64,000 nt of DNA from assembly GCF_048593235.1 (NCBI RefSeq), contig NC_133623.1:25908211-25972210 (forward strand). The letters run 5' to 3'. How positions within the stretch are numbered: position 1 is the first letter of the stretch; every line of letters starts with the position of its first letter. A program made the translations under genes and the position numbers. Under the pieces are notes generated by a model. The model was not told the origin of the DNA. It saw nothing but the letters and a program-made list of their open reading frames with translations, and did no database searches. This document shows positions 1 through 12,000 of this stretch, piece after piece. The DNA comes from Sminthopsis crassicaudata. Its lineage: Eukaryota.

Positions 1-799
1 AGGGTTGCTGAGCCTTTCACAAAGCTGCTTTCCAACAGGAGAATGAACCCTCATGGAAAAGAACACACGCATAGGAAACATATGTAACCTATTTATATAG
101 TAACAGTAACTCACTAGTTACATAGTAATAATAACTCATAAGAGTAACTCATGTTTCTAAGACTCCTACTAAATCCTAACTTAAGTCCTAGCCATAACCC
201 TTCTCTATTTCTCTTCACACCTCTTGCTTTCTGTAGTTGTCTCTGTTGTGCCACCACTTCCTGGTTTTCTGCCCATCTGTTCTCTCCTGGCTCTCTGCTC
301 CTATTGCAACTGTTATGAAACCCATTCCTCACCAGGGAAGGTTTTCATCTTTAGTTCATAGCCCAAGGGACTACTTGAGGTTTTTTTTCAGAGTCAGGAC
401 CACAAACCAGACAATCCCAAAGACTTGGTATTAGGCTAGGTCTCTCTTCTTAATTCCTTTCCTTCTGCCTCATCTGCCACTCCTTGAACTCAGTCTGCCC
501 TTTGTCTTGGGGAAAGTACACTCCCTTCAGCTGCCATCACGGCCCTATGGAAGAGTCTGGATCCATGTAAATCACATTTGGAACACACTGAGCAAGATTG
601 AAAGGGTGCCTGTGTAGCAGTAAATACCCAGTTAAGACTACAAACACAAATTTATAGCAAGCATAATCAATACAGCTGTGTGACTTCCTCCAACAATGTA
701 CACAAGAGGAGAAAGGGCAGGAAGGCAAGAGTAATCCAGGTTGGAAAGGGATGCATGGACAGGAACAGAATAACAGAGCAACGAGTTCCAAAATTTCTT

Positions 800-1020
800 G
801 CTGTTGTTCAGTTGTTTCGGTCACATCCAACTCTTTGGGACCTTGTTTGGGGTTTTCTTGGCAAAGATACTGAAGTGGTGTGCTATTTCCTTCACCAGTC
901 CATTTTACAGATGAAAAACACTGAGGCAAACAATGTTAAATGACTTGCCCAGGTTTCTACAACTAACTACTAAGTGTCTGAGGTCACATTTGAACTGACT
1001 TCAGGACTGGCACTCTCTCT
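800..1020 (-). mobile_element. MAR1-like CORE-SINE (RTE/Bov-B-type tail)
   Basis: gttttcttggcaaagatactgaagtgg..ctatttccttc tail followed by a MIR core (cattttacagatga..actgaggc..aaatgacttgccca). A similar copy lies at ~42655-42890. Confidence 0.65.
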
Positions 1021-1621
1021 ACTGCAAGAAAAATGAATCTCAATAATATCAGAAGCATATCTGGCCGTAGGCTTCCTGTGTAAGGGCACTCCACGAATGT
1101 ACCATGACATGCACGTTCCCTGTTTGTTTCCTTTCATGTGCACTCCCTCGGCATGTCCAACCCTGCCATTCATGGTGTGTGTGATAGCCAGGTGATAAAC
1201 ATCATTCAGCAGCTATGTCCCAGGCACTGAACTAAGTGCTAAGAATACAAAGAGAGGCAAGGCAAGTCTCTGCTCTCAAAGAGCTCACAGTCTAACAGGA
1301 GAGACAATACATATACATACACTTAGGCTAAATTAGAGATAATCAACAGAGGGAAGGGTATAGCATTGAGAAGTATCAGAATAAAACTTCTCTTAGAATG
1401 GAGGATTTTGCCTGGCCCTGAATGAAGTGAGAGAAGGCAGAGGTAGAAATGAGGCAGGATAGCAGCCCAGGAATGAAGAACAACTATTAAAAATGCCCAG
1501 AATCTGGAGATAAGGTGTCTTCCTCAATAGAGTCCAGTTTTAAAAGATCACAGAGTATGTGGAGATGAGGAAGATGTAAGAAGACCGAAGAGGTTAGAGG
1601 ATATAAGATAGGAAGGATTTT

Positions 1622-2043
1622 TTAAAAATTAATTTTATAATTATAACATTTTTTGATAGTACATATGCATAGGTAATTTTTTTTTACAACATTATCCCTT
1701 GTACTCCCTTCTGTTCCGAATTTTTCCCCTCCTCCCCTAGATGGCAGGCATTCCCATACATATTAAATATCTTATAGTATATCCTAGGTACAATATATAT
1801 GTGTCTTAATTTGCATTTCTCTGATCAGTAGTGATTTGGAACACTCTTTCATATGAGTGGAAATAGTTTCAATTTCATCATCTGAAAATTGTCTGTTCAT
1901 ATCCTTTGACCATTTATCAATTGGAGAATGGTTTGATTTCTTATTTGATTATTGATTTCTTAGAGTCAATTCTCTGTATATTTTGGAGATGAGGCCTTTA
2001 TCAGAACCTTTAACTGTAAAAATGTTTTCCCAATTTGTTACTT
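1622..2043 (-). mobile_element. L1 insertion with apparent internal deletion, inside an L2 relic
   Basis: An L1 3' tail (1622-1804) joins directly to ORF2-internal sequence (KGSDKGLISKIYREL-like). Near-perfect TSD gata(g/t)gaaggatttt at 1607-1621 and 2044-2058. Confidence 0.65.
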
Positions 2044-5002
2044 GATATGAAGGATTTTGAATACCAAACAGAGGATTTTGAATTTGATCCTGGAAGGGAG
2101 AGACAGCTTCTAGAATTTTTAGAATGGGCAAGTGGGAGGTTGGAGGCAGTTATAATCATCAGACTTAGTGATTTAGGAAGATGAATTTGAGCCACGAGAA
2201 GGATGGTTGAGGCAGGCAGACCTGCTGTTGCAGCAGTCCAGGGATGAGGTGATGTGAGGATCAGCACTAAAATGATGGCAGTGTCAGAGGAGACAAGGGG
2301 ATATCTGTGAGAGATGTTACAGAGGTAAAAATCCATAGGCCGTGGCAGCAGTTTGGATATGGGAATGAGAGATAGTGAAGAGTTGAAGATGAAACCTAGG
2401 CTGGGAGCCTAGGTGACTAGGTGGTACCCTTGACAATAGGAATAGGAAAGTTAGGAAGAGGAAAGAATTTTGGGGGAAATACATTGAATTCAGTTTTGAA
2501 CAAGTCATTTAAGATGTCTGGTTTAAAATGTACAACAGGTGATCGTAAATGTGAGTCTGGAGATTAGGAGGCAGGTTGCTATTGAAAAAGTATTGTCAGA
2601 ATTGAAATGATCATTAAAACCATAAGATCTGATGGGATCACAAAGTGAAATGGTAGAGGGAAAAGAGAAGAGAATGGGGCCTCAGGGCCCTAGAGACACT
2701 CATGGTTAGTGGACATGACCTAGATGATGATCCAGCATAAGAGACTGAGATGGAGAGTTGACTCATGGGAGGGAAATCAGGAGACAGTAGTGTCACAAAA
2801 CCTAGAAAGAAGAGAAAATCCTAGAGAAGAGACACTGACTGACAGTGTCAAAAGCTGCAGAGACATAAAGGATGAGGGTCAACAAAAGACTATTAGATTT
2901 GTCAATTAAGAGATATTTAACAACTTAAATATTCTTATTTCATTAAATGCCTTTGCTTTAAACTGTGTCCTCTAGATGATTATTAAAAATACACACGTTG
3001 ATAGAGCCTTGTGGGCTACGTTTTTTAGTAAGTGTAGGCCCATAGAATGAATACCTTGAATATATGATAGTTTTTTTGGGGGGGCACATGAGAGATGGAG
3101 TGTCTGGGGTGCTGCAGTTGATTTAGGTAATAAATAAAAATACTGAGTTTGTAGTGAAAAAGACTCAACTTCAAATCTTGTGCCTCAGCAGAAGTAATAA
3201 CCATGTTATCCTAGGCAATCTAAATTTTCTCAACCTTAGTTTCCTCATCTGTAAAATGGGAAATAACAGCACTTTGTCTCACAAGGTTGTTGTGAAAATG
3301 AAATGACATAGCATGTAAATCTCTTTGCAAACCTTTAAATGCTCCTTAAATAAATAGAAGTCTTATAGTGTATTACCTCTCTTCAAAGTTGTCAGATGAG
3401 ATCAAAAATATGAAAGCATGTGAAACATGTTTAGAAGAACTGCACACATTTAACCTATATTAAATTACTTGCTATCTAGGGGAGGAGGGGAGGGAGAAAA
3501 ATATGAACACAAAGTTTTGCAAGACTGAATATTGAAAACTATCTTTGCATGCCTTTTGAAAAACTAAAAAAGCTATTACAAAATGAAAAAAGTATGAAAG
3601 CATTTTGAAAACTAGGACTCACACAAATACAGTGCATCACAACTATTTTAGAAGAGTATCACAGGGAGAACCCAAAACAATGAATTTCCAGTATGATTCT
3701 GATCAGGCATAGTAGCATCTAAAAAAGTTTAATCAAGGACAGCCTTCCTGATACCTTTAAAACTCTAGTCATATAGGATAACTCGGCCTGTCTCTAGAGA
3801 AAACCAGTTCTTTCTCAGCACAGAATAGTAGGAAACAGCATTTGATTTAAGCTCCTAACACTTGGATTTGAATTCTGGCCCTAATGCTGATGCTTTGACT
3901 TTTGGCATATCACTTCACTGCTCTTAGTTTGTTTCCTCACATATAAGAAAAATTGGCTAGAAATGTCATATATCTGTATAATAATGTGAGCAATATTATT
4001 TGGTTCACATGTCAAAGAATCACTAAACTGTCTATGATAGGAGGGGTTTTTAAAAAGAATGTGTAGTTGCAAAGTAATAAATATCCACCAGATGGAGACA
4101 TTGCTGTTCCTCAGCAACAGAGGACTTGGCACCTGTGACATAGAACCAACCAATGATCTTGAGAAAAGGGATCTTGGGAAATCTGTCAAGGAGTCTAGCA
4201 TCTGGAACAAGTAACTCCACCAGGTTGCTATCCTGTCCTTAAACATGTGTAGGAAAGGGATCTCAGAGGATTCTTCAACATAGCAGTCAGTGATCATTCT
4301 CATTGTCAGGAATATCTCCTTCCTCTCCCTGTGAAAAATGCCTTCTGTTACAATTTTAAATCTAACTTTCTTCTTGTTTGATCCTCAAGGCTTTCTAAGG
4401 CTATGCGAATGGAATATAAGTTCGGACAATTGTTCCATCTTGGAGCAGCTTTCAATATGGGCCCTGATGAATGGTCATTTACAGGCTAAAGTTGGCCCCC
4501 CAACTAGGGATGGTTGGAAAATCACTATGTAATCATTCCTAGTGGCTTGCTTTATCTTTAGAAGTCATGATTACCTAAATTAAAAAAAAAAAAAAAGAAA
4601 CAGAAACAAAATATAACATGCTGGACAACTTTAGAATTGTAATACATTTGTCTTATGAAAATAAAAGAAATAATCACCATTATGCATACAAACTAAATTA
4701 TAAATTCAATTCAGTTTGATAAGCATTTATTGTGCACTTACTTTATGACAAGTACTGGGGCCAAAAATACAGCAAATGAAGCAATCCCTGCCCTCAAGTT
4801 TAGATTTGACATGTGTATTCCTTCATACACATGCCCTCCCTTCCATGTATTTTCCCTAGGAATGTCCAATCTTCTCACTTGTGGTGAATGAATGGAAAAA
4901 ATGTGTCCCAGGTTTATAGGTGAAATGATTTGTTCCCTTGCTCCTGTGCCCTATGGGGGCACACCATCATTACTTTGTAGTACTATGTACCATAATCCAT
5001 AT

Positions 5003-5016
5003 ATTTTTTTTTTCTT

Positions 5017-5049
<33 letters not shown>

Positions 5050-5174
5050 GAGGCAATTGGGATTAAGTGACTTGCCCAGGGTTACACAGCTAGGAAGTGT
5101 TAAGTATTGGAGGTCAAATTTGAACTCCTGACTTCAGGGCTGGTGCTCTTTCCACTGCACCACCTAGCTGCCCC
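5003..5174 (-). mobile_element. WSINE1/SINE1-type marsupial CORE-SINE
   Basis: Reverse complement of ggggcagctaggtggtgcagtgg...; T-rich tail; TSD aatccatat at 4994-5002 and 5175-5183. Confidence 0.8.
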
Positions 5175-5949
5175 AATCCATATTTCTTCATAGAAGTGCT
5201 TCATTCATCCAAGGAGTAGGCTGCTTGATGAGCTGGATTGACCATAGAAAAATGTACTATTTCCCAAATGGAACTGGAAAATTTGAGTGTGGGTCAAAAA
5301 GTTTATTGACCTGGCTGGCATTCCCACAAGTGAATACTAGCTTTGTCTACCTGATTTCATCAAACACATATGTGGAATTTACATGTGTAGCACTCTTCAG
5401 TAGGGTTATTGCCATAGAGAAATAAAGTATTCTCTTACTTTATGAATTCTCTCTATGCATGTAGCTTCTGCCCATGAAAAAAAGGATTTGTTCAACTGAC
5501 ACTAATAAAGAACTTGTTATGTACAGCACTCAGTGTTAAACACTGAAAACAATTCAGAAATTAGATAAGAAAAAAGTTCTTGTCCTCAAAGAGCTTTCAG
5601 CCTAGAAGGGGAATAAGGCACAGACAATTCTAAAACAGTTTTCACTTTATGTAAGTGGACCATTCCCCAGACTTCTATGTAAAGCAATTTTTCTGTAAGG
5701 GAATTTGTTCCTACTCGTCCACTTTGCTTAGGCTATATTATATAACAAAGATATACACAAAATAATATCTTTATGCAAATCATAAATATACACTAAAATA
5801 TAGCCACATTTAACACTGTCTCATGATTATAAACAGAATTGTGAAAAGTAAAGTTAATGATAAAGCATGTACAGTAAAGTTAACATAGGTGTGCAGTATG
5901 GAGCTCCTTCCTTGCCCATTGTACCTAGCCTTTATCACTGATGGCTAGC

Positions 5950-6368
5950 CGCACAACTTTTTTATGAAGCTATTGAGAGACATTTGGGCAGTGGCTCTCT
6001 TTCCCCCTCCTCGTATATCTGATGATAGCAAACAATATTATCCTTGACTAGTGTTAGAAATTTAACATTTTTTTTAATTATTTGGATTTATCTTTTCAAT
6101 ATCTGGAAAAAAATTCATTCAAATGGCAAAATGCTTTTGCCAGCTGTTTTGACATGAAAGCTGTTTTGACCTCAGGTTCTGAAGCTTCCCTTTCTTATTC
6201 TGCAATCTTTTTAGCTAACAACTCAATCAGATCCTCATTACAGATCTCTAGATCATACTCATCTACTTCTACCTCTAATTTCAATGCTAATTTTACAATC
6301 TTGTTATTCACTTCTTTGAATATTTCCACTTTGTCAAATCCACGAATTTCAAGTATACTTATGCCTTA
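5950..6368 (-). mobile_element. Tigger/pogo-like DNA transposon transposase C-terminal relic
   Basis: Hand translation gives RGFDKVEIFKEVNNKIVKLALKLEVEVDEYD...SKQLAKAFCHLNEFFPDIEKINP...CYHQIYEE...QMSLNSFIKK with a stop and frameshifts, resembling recalled Tigger C-termini. TIRs were not identified. Confidence 0.55.
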
Positions 6369-6381
6369 CAGAATCATTTTT

Positions 6382-6518
6382 CCCCCCTGAGGCTGGGGTT
6401 AAGTGACTTGCCCAGGGTCACACAGCTAGGAAGTGTTAAGTGTCTGAGACCACATTTGAACTCGGGTCCTCCTGAATTCAGGGCTGGTGCTCTATCCACT
6501 GCGCCACCTAGCTGCCCC
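6382..6518 (-). mobile_element. WSINE1-type SINE
   Basis: Canonical body; TSD cagaatcattttt at 6369-6381 and 6519-6531. Confidence 0.85.
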
Positions 6519-7744
6519 CAGAATCATTTTTTGAGGGGGGCAAGGGAGTGAGGAAATTAGGATTAAGTGTCTTGCCCAGGGTCACACAGTTAGTTTAAAT
6601 GTCAAGTGACTGAGGCCAGATTTGAGCTTTCAGAATTCATTACATAATCAAATTTGTGAATTTATGTAAAGTGAAAATTGGCTGTATACATTTTAGGATA
6701 ATCACAGAGAGACAAGGTGGCAGAGGGCCAGGTATGGAGTCAGGAAAACCTTGGTTCAAGTCCTCTCTCTGATACTTACTGTGTGACTTTGGGCACATCA
6801 TTTAAGTTTTCTGTCCCCAAGCATCTCTCTAATATGATAAATGACAAAGGAGTTGTTAACCTTCACCTAGTAGAGGGGAGAGGAAGTGTTCACATCAGAA
6901 GACCTCTAGACTAGTGATATTATAGAGCTTGAATGCACCAAAAGTATGTATTCATCTGTGTGTATGCAATTAGCACTGTGGGGGGAAAAGTATTACATGA
7001 GGCCTGGTGGGGAAATTTAAAAGATTAAGAGAAGTAGCACAAAGGAATCATGAAGGCTGCTTGAAGGAAATGGAAGCTGAGTTATTGCATAAAATTATGG
7101 AATTTAGAAGGCACCTTAAAGGTCATCTACTTCAACCCATTCTATAATCAAGGGAAACTAAGGTCTCAAGTAGCTTCTTTTAGAATTTTTTTCACTACTA
7201 TCACAAGGAAGAACAGAAAAAAGCAGGCTTTCTTTAGGGTCTAAACATCTTATCCACAATCATAGAAACATCAGATTCAGAATGACTTCCTCTCCATAGG
7301 TAGATCAATTATGCCACTCCAGAACACCGCCCCCCAAGACACACACACATACACACACAAACTGTACCTTTCTTATACACACATATACATAAACTTATCC
7401 TATGAGAACTATATCCATCAACTTCTTTAATGATGATGATAGCATTTATAGAACAGGTTTGCAAATGCTTTACATGTTATCTCATTTGGTTCTCAAAAAT
7501 GAGGTAGCTGCTATTATTATCTCCATTTGTAGATACTGAAATTGAAGTTTAAAGAGATGAAGTGACTTTCTCAGGATCGCACTGCTAGTAGGTATCATTT
7601 AAAGTCGAGTCTGCCCAATTCCAAGTTTAGTACTCTCTCCACTATGCCAGCCACCTACTTGTATTATATCTGGAGCCAAAGGATCAGTAGCTTTAGGAGG
7701 TCTCATGCTGGTATTGAATACTGTCACCACACCACCCAAGAGTT

Positions 7745-10594
7745 TTAGTCTTCCAGTGGTTCAGTCAAAATCAGCTGTGCATTTTCTTCCCTAATGTTTC
7801 TGTTGCCTAGTACATTTCTAATGCGGGCCCAGAACAGAGGCCTTTCCTGAGGATTCTCAGGCCAGGTAATAAATGTTTGCTTTTTCACGAGTTTCCGGAG
7901 TCGATGGTAGCTGGATAGTCGGTAGTTGGGGATCTCCTCCAGGAAAATCAAGATGATCACATCCTGGTAGTCATAGAACATCCTGAGACTAGCCAGTTGC
8001 ACTTCTAGCCTGCACCACTCACTTCGGAGATAGTCGTTGCTAACAATACAGAGAGTCTTTCGACTGGTGTTAATGGCATTCTGAATATTCTCAAAGATGT
8101 CCATTCCTGGTTCAAAGTCCCGATGGTGGAGGCAGAGCTTAAAAGTAGGCTGTCCATCCATTTCGAGGGCAGGTGCAAGCTCCTTATAAACCCACTGCTC
8201 ATCAGCGGCATTGAAGGAGACAAAGGCGTCATAGATGAACTCCCTTTCTGACCGATGCCACTTGGCCAGGTACAAAGATTTAAACATATAGATCCCATAT
8301 CGCATGGATGTGATCATGTTGGTACCAAACCAAGAGAAGATCATAGTTGCAAGCACCAGGCTGAAAGAGCAGAAGAAGTAGATTTTACCTGTGTCAAAAT
8401 TGCATATGGCAGTATCAAAACCCACTAGTAGGCTCTGTGTATTTGGCTGCTGACAATGAAAGCTCCCCAGGTAGGGGATGTGGACACTAGGAGTACTGAT
8501 GGACCAGTTCTTGAACCATTCATTATCACAGATGCAGTCAAGCTTATTCCCATAGACATCAAAGTATGTCAGGGACTTTAGGTTTTGCAAAAGGTTTTGA
8601 TGAATAATTTTCAGGTTATTGAACCTCAAGGAAAAGACTTGAAGGTGTTCCAAAGCAAAAAACATCTCAGGAACTAATGAATCCAAGTTGTTATTCTCTA
8701 GTCGCAATACTTTCAGTTGTTTGAGTTTTTGGAATAAGGAGGTATTTAAATAGAGACCCCGATCTCCAGCTTTTGTCCCTGAGATATCCAACCTAGTGAG
8801 ATTAAGCAGGTAGTCCAACTGGCAGTGATCTAGAAATACCCTGGAGTTCTTTCCCAATAGTAGCTCCTGCAAACTACCCAGTCCTTGGAAGAAGTTGATT
8901 GGGACAACCTGAATCCCATTTATTTGTCCTTCTAGGTTGAGGTATTTGAGGGATGGGAGATCCTTAAAGGGAGGATATTGGAGGCTCTTGGTAGTTTCAT
9001 AAGTTATCTTATTAAAACTAAGGTCTAAAATCTCTAGTCCTTCCAGTCCTAGAAACACACCAGGAAGAAAATCAGACAGGATGTTGTATGCCAGATCAAG
9101 TTTGTATAGTTTGGTGAGGCCAGAAAAGGCCTTTTTCTCTATAGTGGTCAGGCGGTTCTGGGAGAGGGTCAGAACCTGAAGCTTCTTCAGAAATAAAAAA
9201 GTGTTCCCTTTCAGAGTTCGAATATTGTTCTCCCGAAGGTTTAGGTTCTCAAGACTCAAAAATTGACTAAAAGAGTATTTATCAATTGCCACTATCCAGC
9301 ACCCAGCCAAATCAAGCTCTTTCAGTGTATGTAGACTATAGAAGGACAGGTTGTTGAGTTTTGTGATGGGGTTTTTGGAAAGAGAGAGAGACTGCAAACG
9401 TTTGAGAGGAGCAAATGCAAAATCTGGAAAGGTTTCGAACTTATTTCTACTGAGATCTAAAGCTGTCAAATTCTGGAGGGAATTCCAAGTCTTGTTGCTG
9501 ATCAGGGAAAGCATGCAGCTGTTCAGATTCAGCCACTCAAGGCTGGGCATGCCATTGAACTCACCATCACAGAGATGGACCAAATCTTTATTGTTGCTCA
9601 GGTCAAGGGACAAAAGCATAGTACAGTTGGTGAGGCCTTTGATGTCCTCTGAGTTAATTCCATTTTTCTTAAAAAGTAATGTCTTTATCTCTGGCAAGTT
9701 TTGGAGGAGGTGACATACTGTGCTCAAGCTGGGCGATGGATTAATATCACTGAGGTCCAGCTCCATCAGATTCTGCAGATGTTTGGCCTGAAGCTTTTCC
9801 ACATTCATCTGTGTCCCACTCAAATTCAAACTCGTCACCTGGGGTAGAGACTCCAGATGCACATTTTGAATAGCATTCTGGGAGACATCCAAGGTGGTTA
9901 GATTAGGAAGTGACAGAGTGGAAAAATCCAAGTCTACCAGATTGTTCCTCATCAAGATCAGCTTAGTGAGGGAAACCAGGGTTGTTGGACTATAGTTCAG
10001 GAAAGCAATAATGTTGTTTGTAAGATCAAGAATTTCCAAGCTTGGGAGATGCTGAACAGCTGCCAGGATGTTGGAAAAATTAGTTATTGCATTACGAGAC
10101 AAGCTTAAGTACTGTAAATTGACAAGTGGGACAAAGGCATTTTCATGGATCCAGGTAATTTGATTGTGGCTCAGGAGCAAAGTTTTCAGACTGGATAGGC
10201 CCTCAAAAGAAGAGTTAATATTCGTAAGTTTATTTTCTACCAGGTTTAAAAGGGTCAAATTTTTAAGCCCCTGGAAGGCTCCTGGACCAATGTCCCAAAT
10301 AAAGTTCCACTCCAGTCTAAGATCTATAAGATTAGACAGATTAGCAAAGCTTCCAGAAGGCACAGTTTTGATTTGGTTGTGTGTAAGGTTGAGATGAGTG
10401 ATATATCTAGGGAGATCACGAATGCCTTCCTTCAAGCTGGTGATGTTCTTCCGGATACAGATCACATGGTGAAAGTCAAACTCATACTGGGTGCAGTGAT
10501 GGAATCCATACATCTCTATCAGTGACAGCAGAGAAAACTCAGCAAATATGAACCAAAGCCATTTCAATGTTACACCTTTGGTTTCAGGGTTCAT
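7745..10594 (-). CDS. TLR13: Toll-like receptor 13, coding sequence in one exon (~949 aa from ATG 10594; the ORF-track start at 10642 is a GTG)
   Basis: Uninterrupted ORF with a hydrophobic N-terminal signal, a long LRR ectodomain, LRRCT (GNKLDCICDNEWF), a TM segment (IYFFCSFSLVLATMIFSWF) and a TIR domain (YDAFVSF, LCLHHRDFEPG, SEWCRLE, FWARIRN). Closely matches recalled mouse TLR13 (CTQYEF..HHV.CIRK, HLNLTHN, DLRLEWN, NKITYETT..LQYPPF, QGLGSLQELLLGKN). Lies next to ATP7A as in mouse. Confidence 0.95.
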   Translation of the reverse strand: MNPETKGVTLKWLWFIFAEFSLLSLIEMYGFHHCTQYEFDFHHVICIRKNITSLKEGIRDLPRYITHLNLTHNQIKTVPSGSFANLSNLIDLRLEWNFIWDIGPGAFQGLKNLTLLNLVENKLTNINSSFEGLSSLKTLLLSHNQITWIHENAFVPLVNLQYLSLSRNAITNFSNILAAVQHLPSLEILDLTNNIIAFLNYSPTTLVSLTKLILMRNNLVDLDFSTLSLPNLTTLDVSQNAIQNVHLESLPQVTSLNLSGTQMNVEKLQAKHLQNLMELDLSDINPSPSLSTVCHLLQNLPEIKTLLFKKNGINSEDIKGLTNCTMLLSLDLSNNKDLVHLCDGEFNGMPSLEWLNLNSCMLSLISNKTWNSLQNLTALDLSRNKFETFPDFAFAPLKRLQSLSLSKNPITKLNNLSFYSLHTLKELDLAGCWIVAIDKYSFSQFLSLENLNLRENNIRTLKGNTFLFLKKLQVLTLSQNRLTTIEKKAFSGLTKLYKLDLAYNILSDFLPGVFLGLEGLEILDLSFNKITYETTKSLQYPPFKDLPSLKYLNLEGQINGIQVVPINFFQGLGSLQELLLGKNSRVFLDHCQLDYLLNLTRLDISGTKAGDRGLYLNTSLFQKLKQLKVLRLENNNLDSLVPEMFFALEHLQVFSLRFNNLKIIHQNLLQNLKSLTYFDVYGNKLDCICDNEWFKNWSISTPSVHIPYLGSFHCQQPNTQSLLVGFDTAICNFDTGKIYFFCSFSLVLATMIFSWFGTNMITSMRYGIYMFKSLYLAKWHRSEREFIYDAFVSFNAADEQWVYKELAPALEMDGQPTFKLCLHHRDFEPGMDIFENIQNAINTSRKTLCIVSNDYLRSEWCRLEVQLASLRMFYDYQDVIILIFLEEIPNYRLSSYHRLRKLVKKQTFITWPENPQERPLFWARIRNVLGNRNIREENAQLILTEPLED

Positions 10595-10680
10595 CTTGTT
10601 GACTGTAGACCCAAGAGGCTCAGGAAGAAAAGGTCCCTTCACGTGTACGATGCTTCAGGCTTCATCCCAGCTTTGGTTTC

Positions 10681-10700
10681 TCTGCAAAAAGAAGAGAAGT
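10681..10700 (-). promoter_or_regulatory. Splice acceptor of the TLR13 coding exon (exon starts at 10681)
   Basis: Minus strand reads acttctcttctttttgcAG|agaaacc: a strong pyrimidine tract plus CAG, 87 nt upstream of the probable ATG. Confidence 0.65.
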
Positions 10701-11578
10701 ACTGGAGAGCATTTTCTCCTAATAAACAGTTGGAAGTCACTTGTGGGGAAGTAGAAGCCATTGTACTTCAATCCTTCCTTCTATTCCAAACCTATTTCTA
10801 ATGAAACCTCTGTGGATTACTTCCTCAGTGACCAGTTTAGGCTTTTTCCCCCTAGAATCAGGATTGGTCCTACATATAGGCAGAGTAGGCAGTTAGTTGT
10901 CAATATGGTGACTTTGGGACAGCTAACCTGCTCTACATCCATTTTCCCCATTGTCTAGGTTAATGTCTGAAACAGCCGATGGGAAATTCATTTTGTATGA
11001 GGCTTTTATTTTGCCTGCAGCAAAGAAGAGGAAAAGAACACTGGGCTGGGGAGCAAGAGACTTGATGGTTCTAGTCTTGGCTCTGCTAGTAATTAGCTTG
11101 GTAACATTGGATATGCCACTCTCTGACAATCACTTTAAGAGCTAAGGTCCCATCTAGATAAAGGATTCCATATATTTCTGTTAAATGTCAATGTGATGGT
11201 TTCAAAGATGCCTTTTTGCCTTAAATCTAAGATCTGATAAACTCTGTGAGGTAATGAGCCTCAAGAGAAATTGAGAACTCAGTGTGATCAGTTCACTTAT
11301 AGAATAAATAATTCTCAGAGATGGCAAGGATCTCAGAAGCCATCTAAGGCCACATATACCTGACCAACCCTTCCTTTTATGAATCTCTTCAATAAGTATT
11401 GATATAATATATATTGATATAATAAGTATTGATATAATAATATTCAGCCTTTATATGAACTCCTCTGGGGTGGAGAAACCCACTACCTCCCAACCTACTC
11501 CTTTCTACTATGGAAGCATATTTTTAAAAAAATTTTTTTTAAAATTCAACCAAAAGTACTAATAAAGGATCTTTTCTC

Positions 11579-11969
11579 ACTATACACTTCAACAACAATA
11601 CTGTATGAGGATGTATTCTGATGGAAGTGGAAATCTTCAACATAAAGAAAAGCCAACTCACTTCCAGTTGATCAATGATGGACAGAGGTAGCTACACCCA
11701 AAGAAGAAACACTGGGAAGTGAATGTAAATTGTTAGCACTAATATCTGTCTGCCCAGGTGGCATGTACCTTCGGAATCTAATGTTTATTGTGCAACAAGA
11801 AAATGATATTCACACACATGTATTGTATCTAGACTATATTGTAACACATGTAAAATGTATGGGATTGCCTGTCGTCGGGGGGAGGGAATAGAGGGAGGGG
11901 GGGTAATTTGGAAAAATGAATACAAGGGATAATATTATAAAAATATATATATATAATAAAAAATTAAGT

Positions 11970-11992
<23 letters not shown>
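11579..11992 (+). mobile_element. Young 5'-truncated L1 3' end upstream of the TLR13 coding exon
   Basis: Marsupial L1 3' UTR with G-rich tract and long A tail; perfect TSD AAAGGATCTTTTCTC at 11564-11578 and 11993-12007. Confidence 0.85.

Positions 11993-12000
<8 letters not shown>

Noticed and set aside
3881-4303. 140-aa minus-strand ORF and other 60-130-aa ORFs in intergenic and intronic DNA
   Set aside because: Non-ATG or repeat-derived starts (MIR, L2, L1, SINE), no motifs and no splice support.
8005-10958. Small ORFs overlapping TLR13 (8005-8298, 9351-9713, 10164-10397, 10548-10754, 10761-10958)
   Set aside because: Shadow frames of the TLR13 CDS, or short chance ORFs.
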